NCBI RefSeq assembly: GCF_035084215.1
Contig: NC_090364.1
Span: 12,152,001 to 12,216,000 of the forward strand
Direction: 5' to 3'
DNA length: 64,000 nucleotides
From: Heptranchias perlo
Taxonomy: Eukaryota
Under the pieces are notes generated by a model. The model saw nothing but the letters and a program-made list of their open reading frames with translations, ran no database searches and was not told where the DNA came from. Shown piece after piece: positions 1-11,539 of this stretch. Each line of letters opens with the position of its first letter. Position 1 is the stretch's first letter. The position numbers and the translations under genes were made by a program.

Positions 1-240
1 TCCACCACGGGAGGAGGTACCACAGCTGGCGTGACCCTGGCATCAACGCAAGTGAACTTTCCTGCAGGGGCCACTGGATATTCATCAGCTGTGGGAACCC
101 TGGCTGATTCTTGTCCCTCCTCCCTCAAGAGCAGTCAGACCTCCCTCAGGAGCATCTGCCCTGGCTGAAATTAACAAATGCAATTGAGACTTCTGTGCGC
201 CTCAGTACCGCACTGGGCAGAGTATTTACCCAATGAGTCA
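1..240 (-). mobile_element. tRNA-headed SINE, family B (AmnSINE2-like), cut by the window edge
   Basis: The reverse complement matches other in-window copies (cagccagggttccc, ctcagccagggc, ggtactgag head) at 11540, 47970, 49870 and 57760. The family name is from recall. Confidence 0.5.
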
Positions 241-1309
241 CCTGGGAAAGTCTCCAGAAAGTAATAGGTTGTTAAACACTTCAGATACCCCTAAAGATAA
301 TTACTATTTGTTCTCACCGGTAAAACTTGCCTTACATAAATGTGCCAAAGTTTCTGTCAAAAAAAAAGTCATGATAGAATTCAGTGCCGAACTGGTTAAT
401 TACCCAGAACTAATGGTTCAGCTATTTCAGTGTGAATTCTTGTTCAGTAGAAGTCGCGATGTGAAGAGCAGACTTGAGGCAAACAGGCCACTTATATCAT
501 AGGACGTGACTGTGTTCTGCGAGATGGCCTAGTTATAACTGTGCCAGTGGCAGCCTCAACCTATACGATCCAAAATAAAACAAGAAGAAGAAATAAAATC
601 TAGTTCCCCTTCAAGGAAAACTCATCTGCAGCTTGTGTAATTGGGGGGGGAGTGGGGGGAAGGATTTTTAAATTAAATTCTGAAGCTAAACTGTTAATTG
701 TTAATAGTTCTGGTTACTTGCCCACATCCTGTTTTCTCTACAATCTCTCACCACTCTGTAGGCCGCAGGCTGCATTGGCGGCCAATTAATTCCAGACCAG
801 AAGAATTACATTTTTTTTCCGAGACCTTATTCTAATTTTACACCGAGCAGCAGCAGCATTAACTATTAGAAGCCTGGTGGCAGAAGAACAATGCTGTTGG
901 CGGAATCGGAAAGCTTTTCTAACAGGGATTACGTTAGGCCTTTCTGTCGTGCGAGGAGAGCTGGTGCCAAGGTCACTGGGAGAAACGGCGCTCTCTGTCT
1001 GTGAACCTCTGGCTTTCCTGGGGTTTCATAAAACTAAATTTGAGGCTGTTTAAACAACAAAGATAGAAGCTGCTAAATTTTCAAGGCCTCCGGTTCCAGA
1101 ATATAATTACAAAAGTGCACTGGTGAGCTGTTTGTGAGTGGCAGAGTGATATTTTTGGTGGGTATTTGGGGCAGCAATTATGATGCTAAAAAACATGGAA
1201 GTATCTAATCATTTGAATTAAGCAACTTTAAATGAATAGTAGACTGTATTACAATTATGCTGCATGATATAATTCTGTACGGTTTTCAGTGGTCACCTAT
1301 GCCTTTGTT

Positions 1310-1880
1310 ACCTCCAGACTTGACTGTTCCAATGCTCTCCTGGCCGGTCTCCCATCTTCCACCCTCCATAAACTTGAGCTCATCTAAAACTCTGTTGCCT
1401 GTATCCTAACTCACACCAAGTCCTGTTCACCCAATGCCTCTGTGATCGCTGACCTACATTGGCTCCCGGTCCAGCAGTGCCTCAAATTTAAAATTCTAAT
1501 CCCTGTGTTCCATCCATGGCCTCACCCCTCCCTATCTTTGTAGCCTCCTCCAGCTCTACAGCCCTCTGAGGTCTCTGCGTTCCTCCAATTCTGGTCTCTT
1601 GCGCATCCCTAAGTTCCTGCGCCCCACCATTGGCGGCCATGCCTTCAGCTCTCTAGGCGCTAAGCTCTGGAATTCCCTCTCGAAAACCTCTCCGGTTCTC
1701 CACCTCCCCTTCCTCCTTGAAGACGCTCCTTAAAACCTACCTCTTCGACCAAGCTTTTGGTCACCTGACTTAATGTCTCCTTCTTTGACTCGGTGTCAAA
1801 TTTTTTGTCTGATCACACTGCTGTGAAGCACCTTGGGACATTTTACTATGTTAAAGGTGCTATATTAATACAAGTTGTCG
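1310..1880 (+). mobile_element. L2 LINE 3' fragment
   Basis: Encodes the L2 ORF2 C-terminus (SRLD..NALLAGLP...ADLHWLPV..KFKIL) and the tail gtgaagcaccttgggacattttac...gctata. Near-identical copies lie at 16190, 30130 and 59660. Confidence 0.85.
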
Positions 1881-2019
1881 TCATCTTCTGTCAGTGTGGA
1901 ATTTAATGATTACAGTTTGGCCAAAGCTGTCTGGGAGCTGCATTGAGCCAGGTTTGTACTTGCTACATGAATCAACGTGAATAGGTTAGATACACTGTAC
2001 CTTCCAATGGTGGGTGTCA

Positions 2020-2130
2020 AGGGAACATAGCAACAAGAGTGGACAATTCAACAACATTCCACCATTCAGTTAGATCATGGCTGATCTATACCTCAACTCC
2101 AATTACCCGCTTTGGATCCATATCCCTTGG
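2020..2130 (-). mobile_element. CR1 3' end remnant
   Basis: agatcatggctgatct..cctcaactcc motif shared with the CR1 tails at 20340, 39400 and 51310. Confidence 0.6.
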
Positions 2131-3599
2131 GATGAGTTCTCAGCTTTGATTGGTCAGCTCTGGGCTTTAGTAAAACATCTACACTTTTTTTAAAGGTCGT
2201 CCAGTACCTGTAAGTTAAGCTGACCAATTTTAGGGGTTTTGATTGGTTCAAACCTATTTGATGTGACACAAAGCCTCATAATCAGCCCATTCCAGCACTT
2301 TGGATTCCTGAAACTGTAGATTTCTGTTCTCACACACCCGAGTAGTGTGTACAAAGGATAAATACGGAGCTAAATCTTGAACATGAGGTAACCTAAACTA
2401 GGTCGGTCTGGGTTAAAAACAAAGAACAGGGAACAAAAATGTCCGTGTATGTGTCATTTTGCCTGTCCTACCATGAGTCCATTTTAGGTGCACACTCCTG
2501 CCTAGTGTTGACTGTTGCCCATTATACATCCCTGTGTCTTGTATATTCCTGTACAATGTATTTCCTGACCACCATTTGTCCAGTGTGTAGATCCATATAG
2601 TCCACCTGCTTTTGCATGCATTCCCAGTGCTCAGATTTCTAAAGCCAGATTCCTAACCCTGCATCTTTCTGAAGTTCATATATGAACTTAAGGGTATTCT
2701 TCTTGACAGTGTGTTGTGTGCATCACAAAAATAAGCACACATAAGGAAAAACATTGAATTGATCCTTCCATTAAGACCTATCACCACCCTCTCACACATC
2801 TAACCATCTCTATCTAGCCCATTGACAGCCCAAAACACAAAGTCATCAAATATGCCAACAAACCCAACACCAGAAAACCAATCAAAATTTAACAAGAAAA
2901 CCCAACGAAGGACACTTGAAAACGGAGCGAAATGCATACCAAAGAAAACTGGCCAAAATACAGCAGTAAACACAACATAATACCCCAGGAAACCTAATAT
3001 AAAGCAGCAACCCCAACAAAATACATCAACAACAAACTACTCCAGTAAGCCAACTAAAATACACCTGCAAATCCACACACTAATAACAGGAAACATACCA
3101 AAATACACCACAAACCATACAAAAGGCGCCATCAAACTTACCAAAATACAATAGCATAAGCTGAGTTTAATTTATAGAAAATATCCATGGAAACACACCA
3201 GGAATCAACCGCTGGAATATGTTGGCAACTCATGCATTGACTGCAGGTTTGTTGCAAGCATTCATTAGAGAGCTGGACAAGTTTGTATGTGTGGTAAACA
3301 TCTCAACCCATAGAAGTGGGTGAATGGGAGCTAGTCTCACCATTCACCGTGATCTCCTCACGTTCCATTATTGTCTTCATGGGTTGGAGAGAAATTTCCA
3401 TCTTTTTTTCCGAAATTGGCCCAAGGTTTTTTCTGTAATTCTTCACCTTTGCCAGGAGATTATATGTCCGTGTGTGGAGGGGAGGAGGCGGTGGTGAATC
3501 AAAGTGATGGTGTGCATAATTTGCATCATGCAGCAGGACAGGCTTGAAGGACCAACTGGTCTTTTCCTGGCCTTCTTTTTCATATATTTGTAATACAGA

Positions 3600-5140
3600 A
3601 AAATAACCAACAAACCCACCAAAATACACCAACAAACCTACCAAAATATACCAACTAACCCATTAAAATATACCAACAAACCCACCAAAATATACCAACT
3701 AATTCACCAAAATACACCAAAAATCCACCAAAATATACCAACTAACTCACCAAAATACACCAACAAATCCACCAAAATATACCAACTAACTCACCAAAAT
3801 ATATCAACTAACTCGCCAAAACACACCAACAAACCCACCAAAATATACCAACCAACTCATCAAAATACACCAACTAACTCACCAAAATACACCAAAAATC
3901 CACCAAAATATACCAACTAACTCACCAAAATATATCAACTAACCCACCAAAATATACCAACCAACTCATCAAAATACACCAACTAACTCACCAAAATACA
4001 CCAAAAATCCACCAAAACACACCAACAAACCCACCAAAATATACCAACTAACCCACCAAAATATACCAACCAACTCATCAAAATACACCAACTAACTCAC
4101 CAAAATACACCAAAAATCCACCAAAACACACCAACAAACCCACCAAAATATACCAACTAACCCACCAAAATATACCAACCAACTCATCAAAATACACCAA
4201 CTAACTCACCAAAATACAGCAACAAATCCACCAAAATATACCAACTAACTCACCAAAATATATCAACTAACTCGCCAAAACAAACCAACAAACTCACCAA
4301 AATATATCAACTAACTCACCACATGAACAAACCCACCAAAATGTACCAACAAACCCACCAAAATGTACCAACTAACCCACCAAAATATATGAACTAACTC
4401 ACCACACCAACAAACCCACCAAAATGTACCAACAAACCCACCAAAATGTACAACTAACCCACCAAAATATACCAACAAACCCACCAAAATGTACCAACAA
4501 ACCCGCCAAAATACACCAACAAACCCCGCAAAATAGACCAACAAACCCACCAAAATGTACCAACTAACCCACCAAAATATACCAACAAACCCACCAAAAT
4601 ATACCAACTAACCCACCAAAATATACCAACAAACCCACCAAAATGTACCAACTAACCCACCAAAATATACCAACTAACCCACCAAAATGTACCAACTAAC
4701 CCATCAAAATATACCAACTAACCCACCAAAATATACCAACTAACCCACCAAAATATACCAACAAACCCACCAAAATGTACCAACTAACCCACCAAAATAT
4801 ACCAACTAACCCACCAAAATGTACCAACAAACCCACCAAAATATACCAACAGACCCACCAAAATGTACCAACTAACCCACCAAAATATACCAACAAACTC
4901 ACCAAAATGTACCAAAAAACCCACCAAAATATACCAACAGACCCACCAAAATATACCAACTAACCCACCAAAATGTACCAACAAACCCACCAAAATATAC
5001 CAACAGACCCACCAAAATGTACCAACAAACCCACCAAAATATACCAACAGACCCACCAAAATGTACCAACTAACCCACCAAAATATACCAACAAACTCAC
5101 CAAAATGTACCAAAAAACCCACCAAAATATACCAACAAAT
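3600..5140. repeat. 22-bp minisatellite (ACCAACAAACCCACCAAAATAT)n, about 70 copies, with a degenerate extension back to about 2850
   Basis: 22-bp period read directly (accaaaat at 4571 and 4593). Explains the repetitive ORFs at 4311-5254. Confidence 0.95.
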
Positions 5141-5538
5141 TCACATAAAAAACACCATCAAATACATCAGGGAATCAATGACCTGCTTCTGGAATCTGAT
5201 TGGTACCTGGTTCTGGGATCTGATAAATTGAAATTCAGTCATGTGACTGGTTGAAGGTAAGGCAATCCCTGGTTCTGCAAATTGATTGGCTGAAAGGACT
5301 CTACCCTATTATCGCATTACACACACAGGCACAAAAGTTTCTGTAATATGGATAGATAGAATATAATGTACACTAACATCCTCTAGTTTTTCTCCCATTA
5401 TTTCTGTTCCTTTTTAATATCTTTCCTTAAACAGTCAACACTAATTACATCACCAGAAGCACCAGTATGAAGGAGTTGCTAACTGTGATAGGGCTGAGTT
5501 AACAGCACAGATAAAATCAAAAACTGCATTGTAGAAGT

Positions 5539-5582
5539 AAAATTGTTGGACTATAACTTGGTGTTGTAAAATTGTTTACAAT
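5539..5582 (+). mobile_element. Penelope-like pLTR mini-insertion with 14-bp target site duplication
   Basis: 44 bp almost identical to 11105-11149, flanked by tgcattgtagaagt at 5525-5538 and 5583-5596. Confidence 0.8.
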
Positions 5583-6384
5583 TGCATTGTAGAAGTTATG
5601 CTGCAACCAATAGCACATCTACTTCTGCACAAACGTTCTGAAACTTTCAGGAGAAGCTTGTCCTTGGTTATTCCACGTAGTAAGTTGACACTCCTTTCAA
5701 TGGAAACTTGTGATTTCCTGAGTAAAGAGGGCGTTTCCAGGTACAAAGGGTAAGTTGCTGGTTAGTTGCGATTGTGAGGAGTTTTTGGGTGATCGCAGTG
5801 TCTTTAGTGAGTCAAAGAGAAATTCACCAAATTTTGTCCTGAGTTCACCTGGGTCTTTGGCTGCAACGCAATGGGCTTCATGAACAAAAAGAGCTTTTAT
5901 TCTACTAAAGTGCAGCTGGTCAGTGACCATCAATGCCGCGTCACATAGATCAGTGTTCACTTCCCAGCGCAAGCTTTTCTTCCCAAAGTAAGGGGAGCTT
6001 GGAAGTTGCTGTCAGTATAATTGCTCACACTGGCAGTAGTCTTGTGGGCGGGAGCATCTGTTTCACAAGTTCCAGAACTCACCTGCTTGACACCTCCATG
6101 AGCGCAGCAATGAATGTTCCTGGAAAGGTTCCATGTTGGTGTGTTGTTCTCTCACACTGACTGCGTAGTCACCTCATTAACAGTTCAAAAATGACCATTT
6201 CCGAGGGGGAGCCTGCAATTTTCCTCATTTCACAAAGCACGCGTGTGCTAATCCTGCCCATTCTACATGGGTGACTACCAGGTTCTCACCCATTTGGAAC
6301 TGAAAATTAACAATAGCACCGTTCATTTGTTTCTGTTAGACTGGAGTTGCCACAAAATGCATGTGCATGGTAGACTGCAGTGGA

Positions 6385-6590
6385 GAAAGAAAGAAAGAAC
6401 TTGCATTTATATAGCGTCTTTCACGGCCTCAGAATGTCCCAAAGTGTTTCACAGCCAATGAAGTATTTTTGAAGTGTAGTCACTGTTGTAATGTAGGAAA
6501 CGCAGCAGCCAATTTGTGCACAGCAAGATCCCACAAACAACAATGAGATAAATGACCATATAATCTGTTTTTTTTAAGTGATATTGGTTG
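6385..6590 (-). mobile_element. Deu-domain SINE (SacSINE1-like), 3' part
   Basis: gaacttgcatttatatagc tail plus the cagccaatttgtgcacagcaagatcccacaaac core shared with eight other copies in the window. Confidence 0.8.
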
Positions 6591-6989
6591 TACAGATTCA
6601 GCTAGTGGACTCTTCCATGCTCATGGCAAGACCTAGTAAACTTACATGACTGTAGATAATCCTGATTTGAATGCAGGTCCTGTGAGATCAGGAACTGTAG
6701 ACACTGCACCTAAGAAAGGGAACAGCAGCTGCCGACTTCTCCTCTGCCGCCATCACTTGCACTATCTCACCCACGTACTGCGACCGCTCCTGGTGTGACC
6801 TTCTCAAATCCACTACCTACGTTCCCCAGGCTCTGTATAGTTGTGACTGTGTTTATGAAAGTGGGTGAGAATGATGCAAGGTGTGCGAGGTGTTGGCTTG
6901 CTTGTGACCACAGAAAGTGCTGGCAGGCCTACACAAACAGAAGAGGATCCTACGTTGAAAACATGACAAGAGCAGACCCTGAGCTTTGA

Positions 6990-7535
6990 GAAGACCTCTG
7001 GCTTCATCCTCCCCCCTACTCCTTTGCTATTTTCATACCGAATGATGACTAGGGTGGCCTTGTCAAAGGGAGTCAAGTGCTTGTAGCTTCTGCGCCCCTC
7101 TTCATTTCGGGTCTGTTCCGTTTTATTTGCTTCCACCTTGTCGTCCAAGCAGATAAATAGTCTTGAGATGCTGCAGGTTTAAGAAGAAATTACAGTGACA
7201 GGCGGCCCATCGCATTTGTCAGTAAAGCTTTGGAAGCGCAGCGAAAAATGAGATATCAGGAAGTACGTACATGTGGGGCAATTACTTGGCATGGAAGGCT
7301 GCTTTGGAGCTTTTACCTTGGCCGCTTTTTTTCAGGTCTGCCGTCTTCTTCCAGATTTGGATCCCGAACCACTGAGTCATGCAGAGAGATTTGACCTTGT
7401 CAGCTGTCTCCTGCCAGACTTAGCTCCTGCCTTTCAATCCCAAAGAGGCCAGCCCTCCTTTCCCTCATTTCCTGCAGCAACATCAACTCTCACAGTGCGT
7501 GGGCAAGATAGACCAATTTTCTTGGAATCTTCCAT
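6990..7535 (-). pseudogene. Decayed Myb/SANT-like (Myb_DNA-bind_5, PIF/Harbinger ORF1-type) gene with one intron
   Basis: Frameshifted minus-strand translation ELMLLQEMRERRAGLFG / VWQETADKVKSLCMTQWFGIQIWKKTADLKK..AAK, then a GT donor at 7316, then DKVEANKTEQTRNEEGRRSYKHLTPFDKATLVII...GVGG from about 7144. This follows the recalled family pattern LVEEV..R..VLFG / AWEEIA.KVN / KKW.DLK / K.AHNRRE..KTGGG....LTP.E. Confidence 0.6.
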
Positions 7536-7775
7536 CGCAAACCCCCTCCTTGTTGTCCCAGGCAGGAATGTTAGAGTTTAAATGGCTGCCCAAGCCATGT
7601 AAATCAGCCTCAGCCATTCGCCTGGATTACATGCTCCATTAGGCAGCTCTCTGAGTGGATGAAAGCTCACTCACAACTCAAATGATATGCAACTCCTGAA
7701 TACCAGGGGTTAACTCACAGTCCATTCATAGAAATGACTCCCACTGCATCCTTCACCCCTCACTTTGAGCAGGAG

Positions 7776-7985
7776 TGTTAATTGTATCCATGTGATTTGT
7801 ATCAATTAGTGTTAATTGTATTCGGGTGGTGCGTATCAATTGGGAACTCTCTTGTATCCATTTATAAGAGAGCTGATCTAGGGTGTGGAGCTGGTAATGT
7901 GGATCTCTGTGAATAAAGGCTTGGAAACAACTGAAGACCAGGCTCCAGTGTTCTATCCTTCACCACCTGGCTATCCAGTTTATAA
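7776..7985 (+). mobile_element. Solo LTR (Gypsy-like)
   Basis: Starts TGTT, has an internal TTTATAA box (about 7861) and AATAAA (about 7912), and is flanked by GGAG at 7772-7775 and 7986-7989. The 3' end lacks the canonical CA. Confidence 0.55.
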
Positions 7986-8899
7986 GGAGGAGTAGGAATT
8001 TCCAGGCGACCGTTCTTGAAGCCTTAGCAACACCTTTTTCCCACGATGCATTTCTTTAAGAACACAGATGTGCACAACGGACAATGAACTCAGGACCTAC
8101 CTGCACTGCTGGTGGCCGTGTGTCTCCTCCAGGGGCAGTCAAATGTTGGTCCTCTGTAGTTGATTTCCATTGTCTTCAATGGGGAGCAACATTCTTCATT
8201 CCTTCTATCCCTCCCTTGACTGGGTTTCCTCACGCTACACAGAGTCACTGACCAAGATAATAGGCATCCAGTCAACACTCTTCTGAAAATGGTTGCCCGG
8301 AGCCTTGCGAGAGCAGATTGGAGCGACTCTCCCTTCAGTTTCCCCTCCCTCCCTGCACAGCGCCATTTGGCCTATCCTCAGTGATCTGTTGCCAAGCATC
8401 AAGGGCATGAAATGCCACCACTCCATGCACTGGCATGTTGGCCCTCCACTGTTCCAAACCAGCACGGCACCAAGGCTAACCATTGTGTTAAAATGGCGAA
8501 CGCCATCATTGGTGGATCTTTCCGGAAGCACGATGAGTCCAATGAAGTTGAACAACATCAGCAAAGGTACAATTAATCCAGCGGATCCTTGGTCATTTCA
8601 AGTGGGCAGGTGTTAAACCAATTATCTGACTGAGCAATTCTGCCCCACACGGCTTAAATATTTAACGTGAATCTAACTCAGGAAAAAAATATGAGGGGAA
8701 AAATAAATCAGAGGGAAAATCCAAAGATGTTCAATATATTTTTCCCTCCTCTCCAATCCTGAAGGTAGTAACCTTTTCTGGAGATCAGTTTCATGGATGC
8801 CAAAAACCCTCTGGAATCTCATCCAAGTGGTCATATTTGAGGTGAGCCTAGACACTGACTGTCAGCAGGCTATTCGACTGCGGCAAGATTCACAGCGGT

Positions 8900-9110
8900 T
8901 CCTGGCTTTATCCAACTCCCACAGGTGCGCAACCTCCAGCATAAGGCGGCATAATGGGCTGTCAGGAGCAAAAACCCTGGCAGAGGAAACCTCCCCAGCC
9001 CAGGGGCACTGAGGCCACATGTGGCACCCCTCACCCGCCGTGCCCTCGGCTGAGATTGTGTAACCACAGGCCAAGGATCAAACCTGGCACCCTCCACATC
9101 TGATTGCTCA
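8900..9110 (-). mobile_element. SINE family B (AmnSINE2-like) fragment
   Basis: cccaggggcactgaggcca..ggctgagat..ggatcaaacctgg resembles 23290-23430 and 46170-46280. Confidence 0.5.
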
Positions 9111-9689
9111 GTCCTAGGGTACCGGTGGAGCAGATAACATTCGTTTCTGTGCCGGCCACATCTTCACAAAGCAGAATGAATGGTCAGAAAATTCTAAAAA
9201 ATAAGCTGAAACTGCAGAACAAACGAGAGAGCTCCGGGGGCAGCACGAGGAAGACTGCGAGCACATTCTCGAGAAAGAAGCAAGTCCAAAGCAACCATCC
9301 AACCTGTGAAAATTATTTTTGCATTACAGCAATTAATCTTTTTTGTTTTACTTTGACAAACATCTGTCTACCAGACAGAGCTCTGATCTTTTAATTCTAT
9401 ATCCTATAGGTTTTCATTATTGTTCCGATAAGGAAACTAGGCCAAATCCAACCGCAGTGTACCTTTTGCAGTATTTCTCAGTATTTGATACTATCTGTTC
9501 CTGGAAGTCACTTTAATAGATCAAGCAGTTTCTTTAAACCGCAGCGTTCAAAGATAATCTGTTATAATACACTGTTACCCCAGCCCAATTAGATTGGCCG
9601 GTGATAATATTTAAAGGGGAAGTTTGTTAGCCAATGTGCTGATCCATGTAGCTCCTCACCGACCTGGGGATGTGTGTCAGGGACCCAGC

Positions 9690-10458
9690 CTGTGTCTGTA
9701 GTGTATTTGGATTTTCATAAGGCATTCGAAAAGGCGTCACACAAAAGGTTGTTACACAAGATAAGGGCTCATGGGGTTGGGGGGGTAATATATTAGCATG
9801 GATAGAGGATTGGTTAACGGACAGGAAACAGAGAGTAGGAATAAACGGGTCATTTTCAGGTTGGCGAGCTGTAACTAGTGGAGTGCCGCAAGGATCGGTG
9901 CTTGGGCCTCAGCTATTTACAATCTATATTAATGATTTAGATGAAGGGACCGAGTGTAATGTATCCAAGTTTTCTGATGATACAAAGCTAGGTGGGAAAG
10001 TAAGCTGTGAGGAGGACACAAAAAGTCTGCAAAGGGATATAGACTGGGTGGACAAGAAGGTAGCAGATGGAGTATAATATGGGGAAATGTGAGGTTATTC
10101 ACTTTGGTAGGAAGAATAGAAAAACAGAATATTTTTTTAAATGGTGAGAAACTATTAAATGTTGGTGTTCAGAGGGATTTGGATGTCCTTGTACACGAAG
10201 CACAGAAAGTTAACATGCAAGTACAGCAAGCAATTAGAAAGGCAAACGGTATGTTGGCCTTTATTGTAAGGGGGTTGCAGTACAAGAGTAAGGAAGTCTT
10301 GCTGCAATTGTACAGGGCCTTGGTGAGACCACACCTGGAGTACTGTGTACAGTTTTGGTCTCCTTACCTAAAGAAGGATACACTTTCTTTGAGGTGGTGC
10401 AAAGAAGTTTCACTAGATTGATTCCTGGGATGAGAGGGTTATTCTATGAGGAGAGATT
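9690..10458 (+). mobile_element. CR1 LINE RT fragment, frameshifted
   Basis: PQGSVLGP, F(S)DDTK and RPHLEYCVQFWSP motifs. The 3' end runs into the 28-bp array. Confidence 0.9.
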
Positions 10459-10970
10459 ACAGAGAATAGCGGACCCTGTGTATATTATAGGGAATAGCGG
10501 ACCCTGTGTATATTACAGGGAATAGCGGACCCTGTGTATATTACAGGGAATAGCGGACCCTGTGTATATTACAGGGAATAGCGGACCCTGTGTATATTAC
10601 AGGGAATAGCGGACCCTGTGTATATTACAGGGAATAGCGGACCCTGTGTATATTACAGAGAATAGCGGACCCTGTGTATATTACAGAGAATAGCGGACCC
10701 TGTGTATATTATAGGGAATAGCGGACCCTGTGTATATTACAGAGAATAGCGGACCCTGTGTATATTACAGAGAATAGCGGACCCTGTGTATATTATAGGG
10801 AATAGCGGACCCGGTGTATGTTATAGGGAATAGCAGACCCTGTGTATATTACAGAGAATAGCGGACCCTGTGTATATTATAGGGAATAGCGGACCCTGTG
10901 TATGTTATAGGGAATAGCAGACCCTGTGTATATTACAGAGAATAGCGGACTCTGTGTATATTATAGGGAA
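10455..10970. repeat. 28-bp minisatellite (GAATAGCGGACCCTGTGTATATTACAGG)n, about 18 copies
   Basis: Tandem periodicity is directly visible and units are highly homogeneous. Confidence 0.95.
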
Positions 10971-11184
10971 TTTTACAACACCAAGTTATAGTCCAACAAA
11001 TTTATTTTAAATTCCACAAGCTTTCGGAGGCTTCCTCCTTCGTCAGGTGAACGGTGTGGACCTGAGGAAGGAGGAAGCCTCCGAAAGCTTGTGGAATTTA
11101 ACATAAATTTGTTGGACTATAACTTGGTGTTGTAAAATTGTTTACAATTGTCAACCCCAGTCCATCACCGGCATCTCCACATCA
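10971..11184. mobile_element. Penelope-like inverted pLTR (about 80-bp-arm hairpin) plus tail
   Basis: Arms 10969-11048 and 11060-11139 are near-perfect reverse complements. The tail ccccagtccatcaccggcatctcca is shared with the 55016 copy. Flanked by tatattatagggaa on both sides. Confidence 0.8.
11013..11051 (-). ncRNA. Minimal type I hammerhead ribozyme motif (Penelope-associated)
   Basis: Minus strand reads UUCAC CUGACGA A GGAGG aag CCUCC GAAA GC UU GUGGA: core CUGANGA and GAAA, 5-bp helix II, helix I UUCAC:GUGGA, palindromic AGCU in place of helix III. Confidence 0.65.
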
Positions 11185-11539
11185 TATATTATAGGGAATA
11201 GAGGACTATAATTAGCACTAATAACAGTGCATGGTCTGTAACTGCTGTCAACATTTGCCTGTGTTCAGGCTCTTACAGGCAATGTGGTCGTGTGATGTAC
11301 AACCTGGTTATTTTTAAGACATAAGTGAAGAGTGGGATGCACAAGCCTCTCAGCGAAGAGTCCTTCCTTCTAGCATTGTGGCTACTGAGTGGTGGTGTGC
11401 AGTCTATTTTGACAGCACATCGTTCCTTGGTGTTAAAGATCAAACCATCTGACCTCAAAGCAATATTTGGACCCAGAAGCTGTATAGCTAAATGGGAACA
11501 AGTGGAACGGTTGAATTATTGCAGAATGTAACTCAGCAG

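Noticed and set aside
640-1130. Possible plus-strand promoter and first exon (CCAAT words, donor-like ctg|gtgagc near 1122)
   Set aside because: No downstream exon or ORF could be linked, and the motifs are too short to support a gene.
4311-5254. Hydrophobic W/F/G-rich and PTNPPK-repeat ORFs
   Set aside because: Translations of the 22-bp minisatellite in all frames, with no unique coding context.
8797-9394. Possible Harbinger transposase next to the Myb remnant
   Set aside because: Only a frameshifted AIDC-like word. No HD or GD.GY motifs, and part of the region is a SINE.
10455-10970. CRISPR-like appearance of the 28-bp array (also the 29-, 31- and 69-bp arrays)
   Set aside because: Units are head-to-tail with no unique spacers, there are no cas genes, and the DNA is vertebrate.
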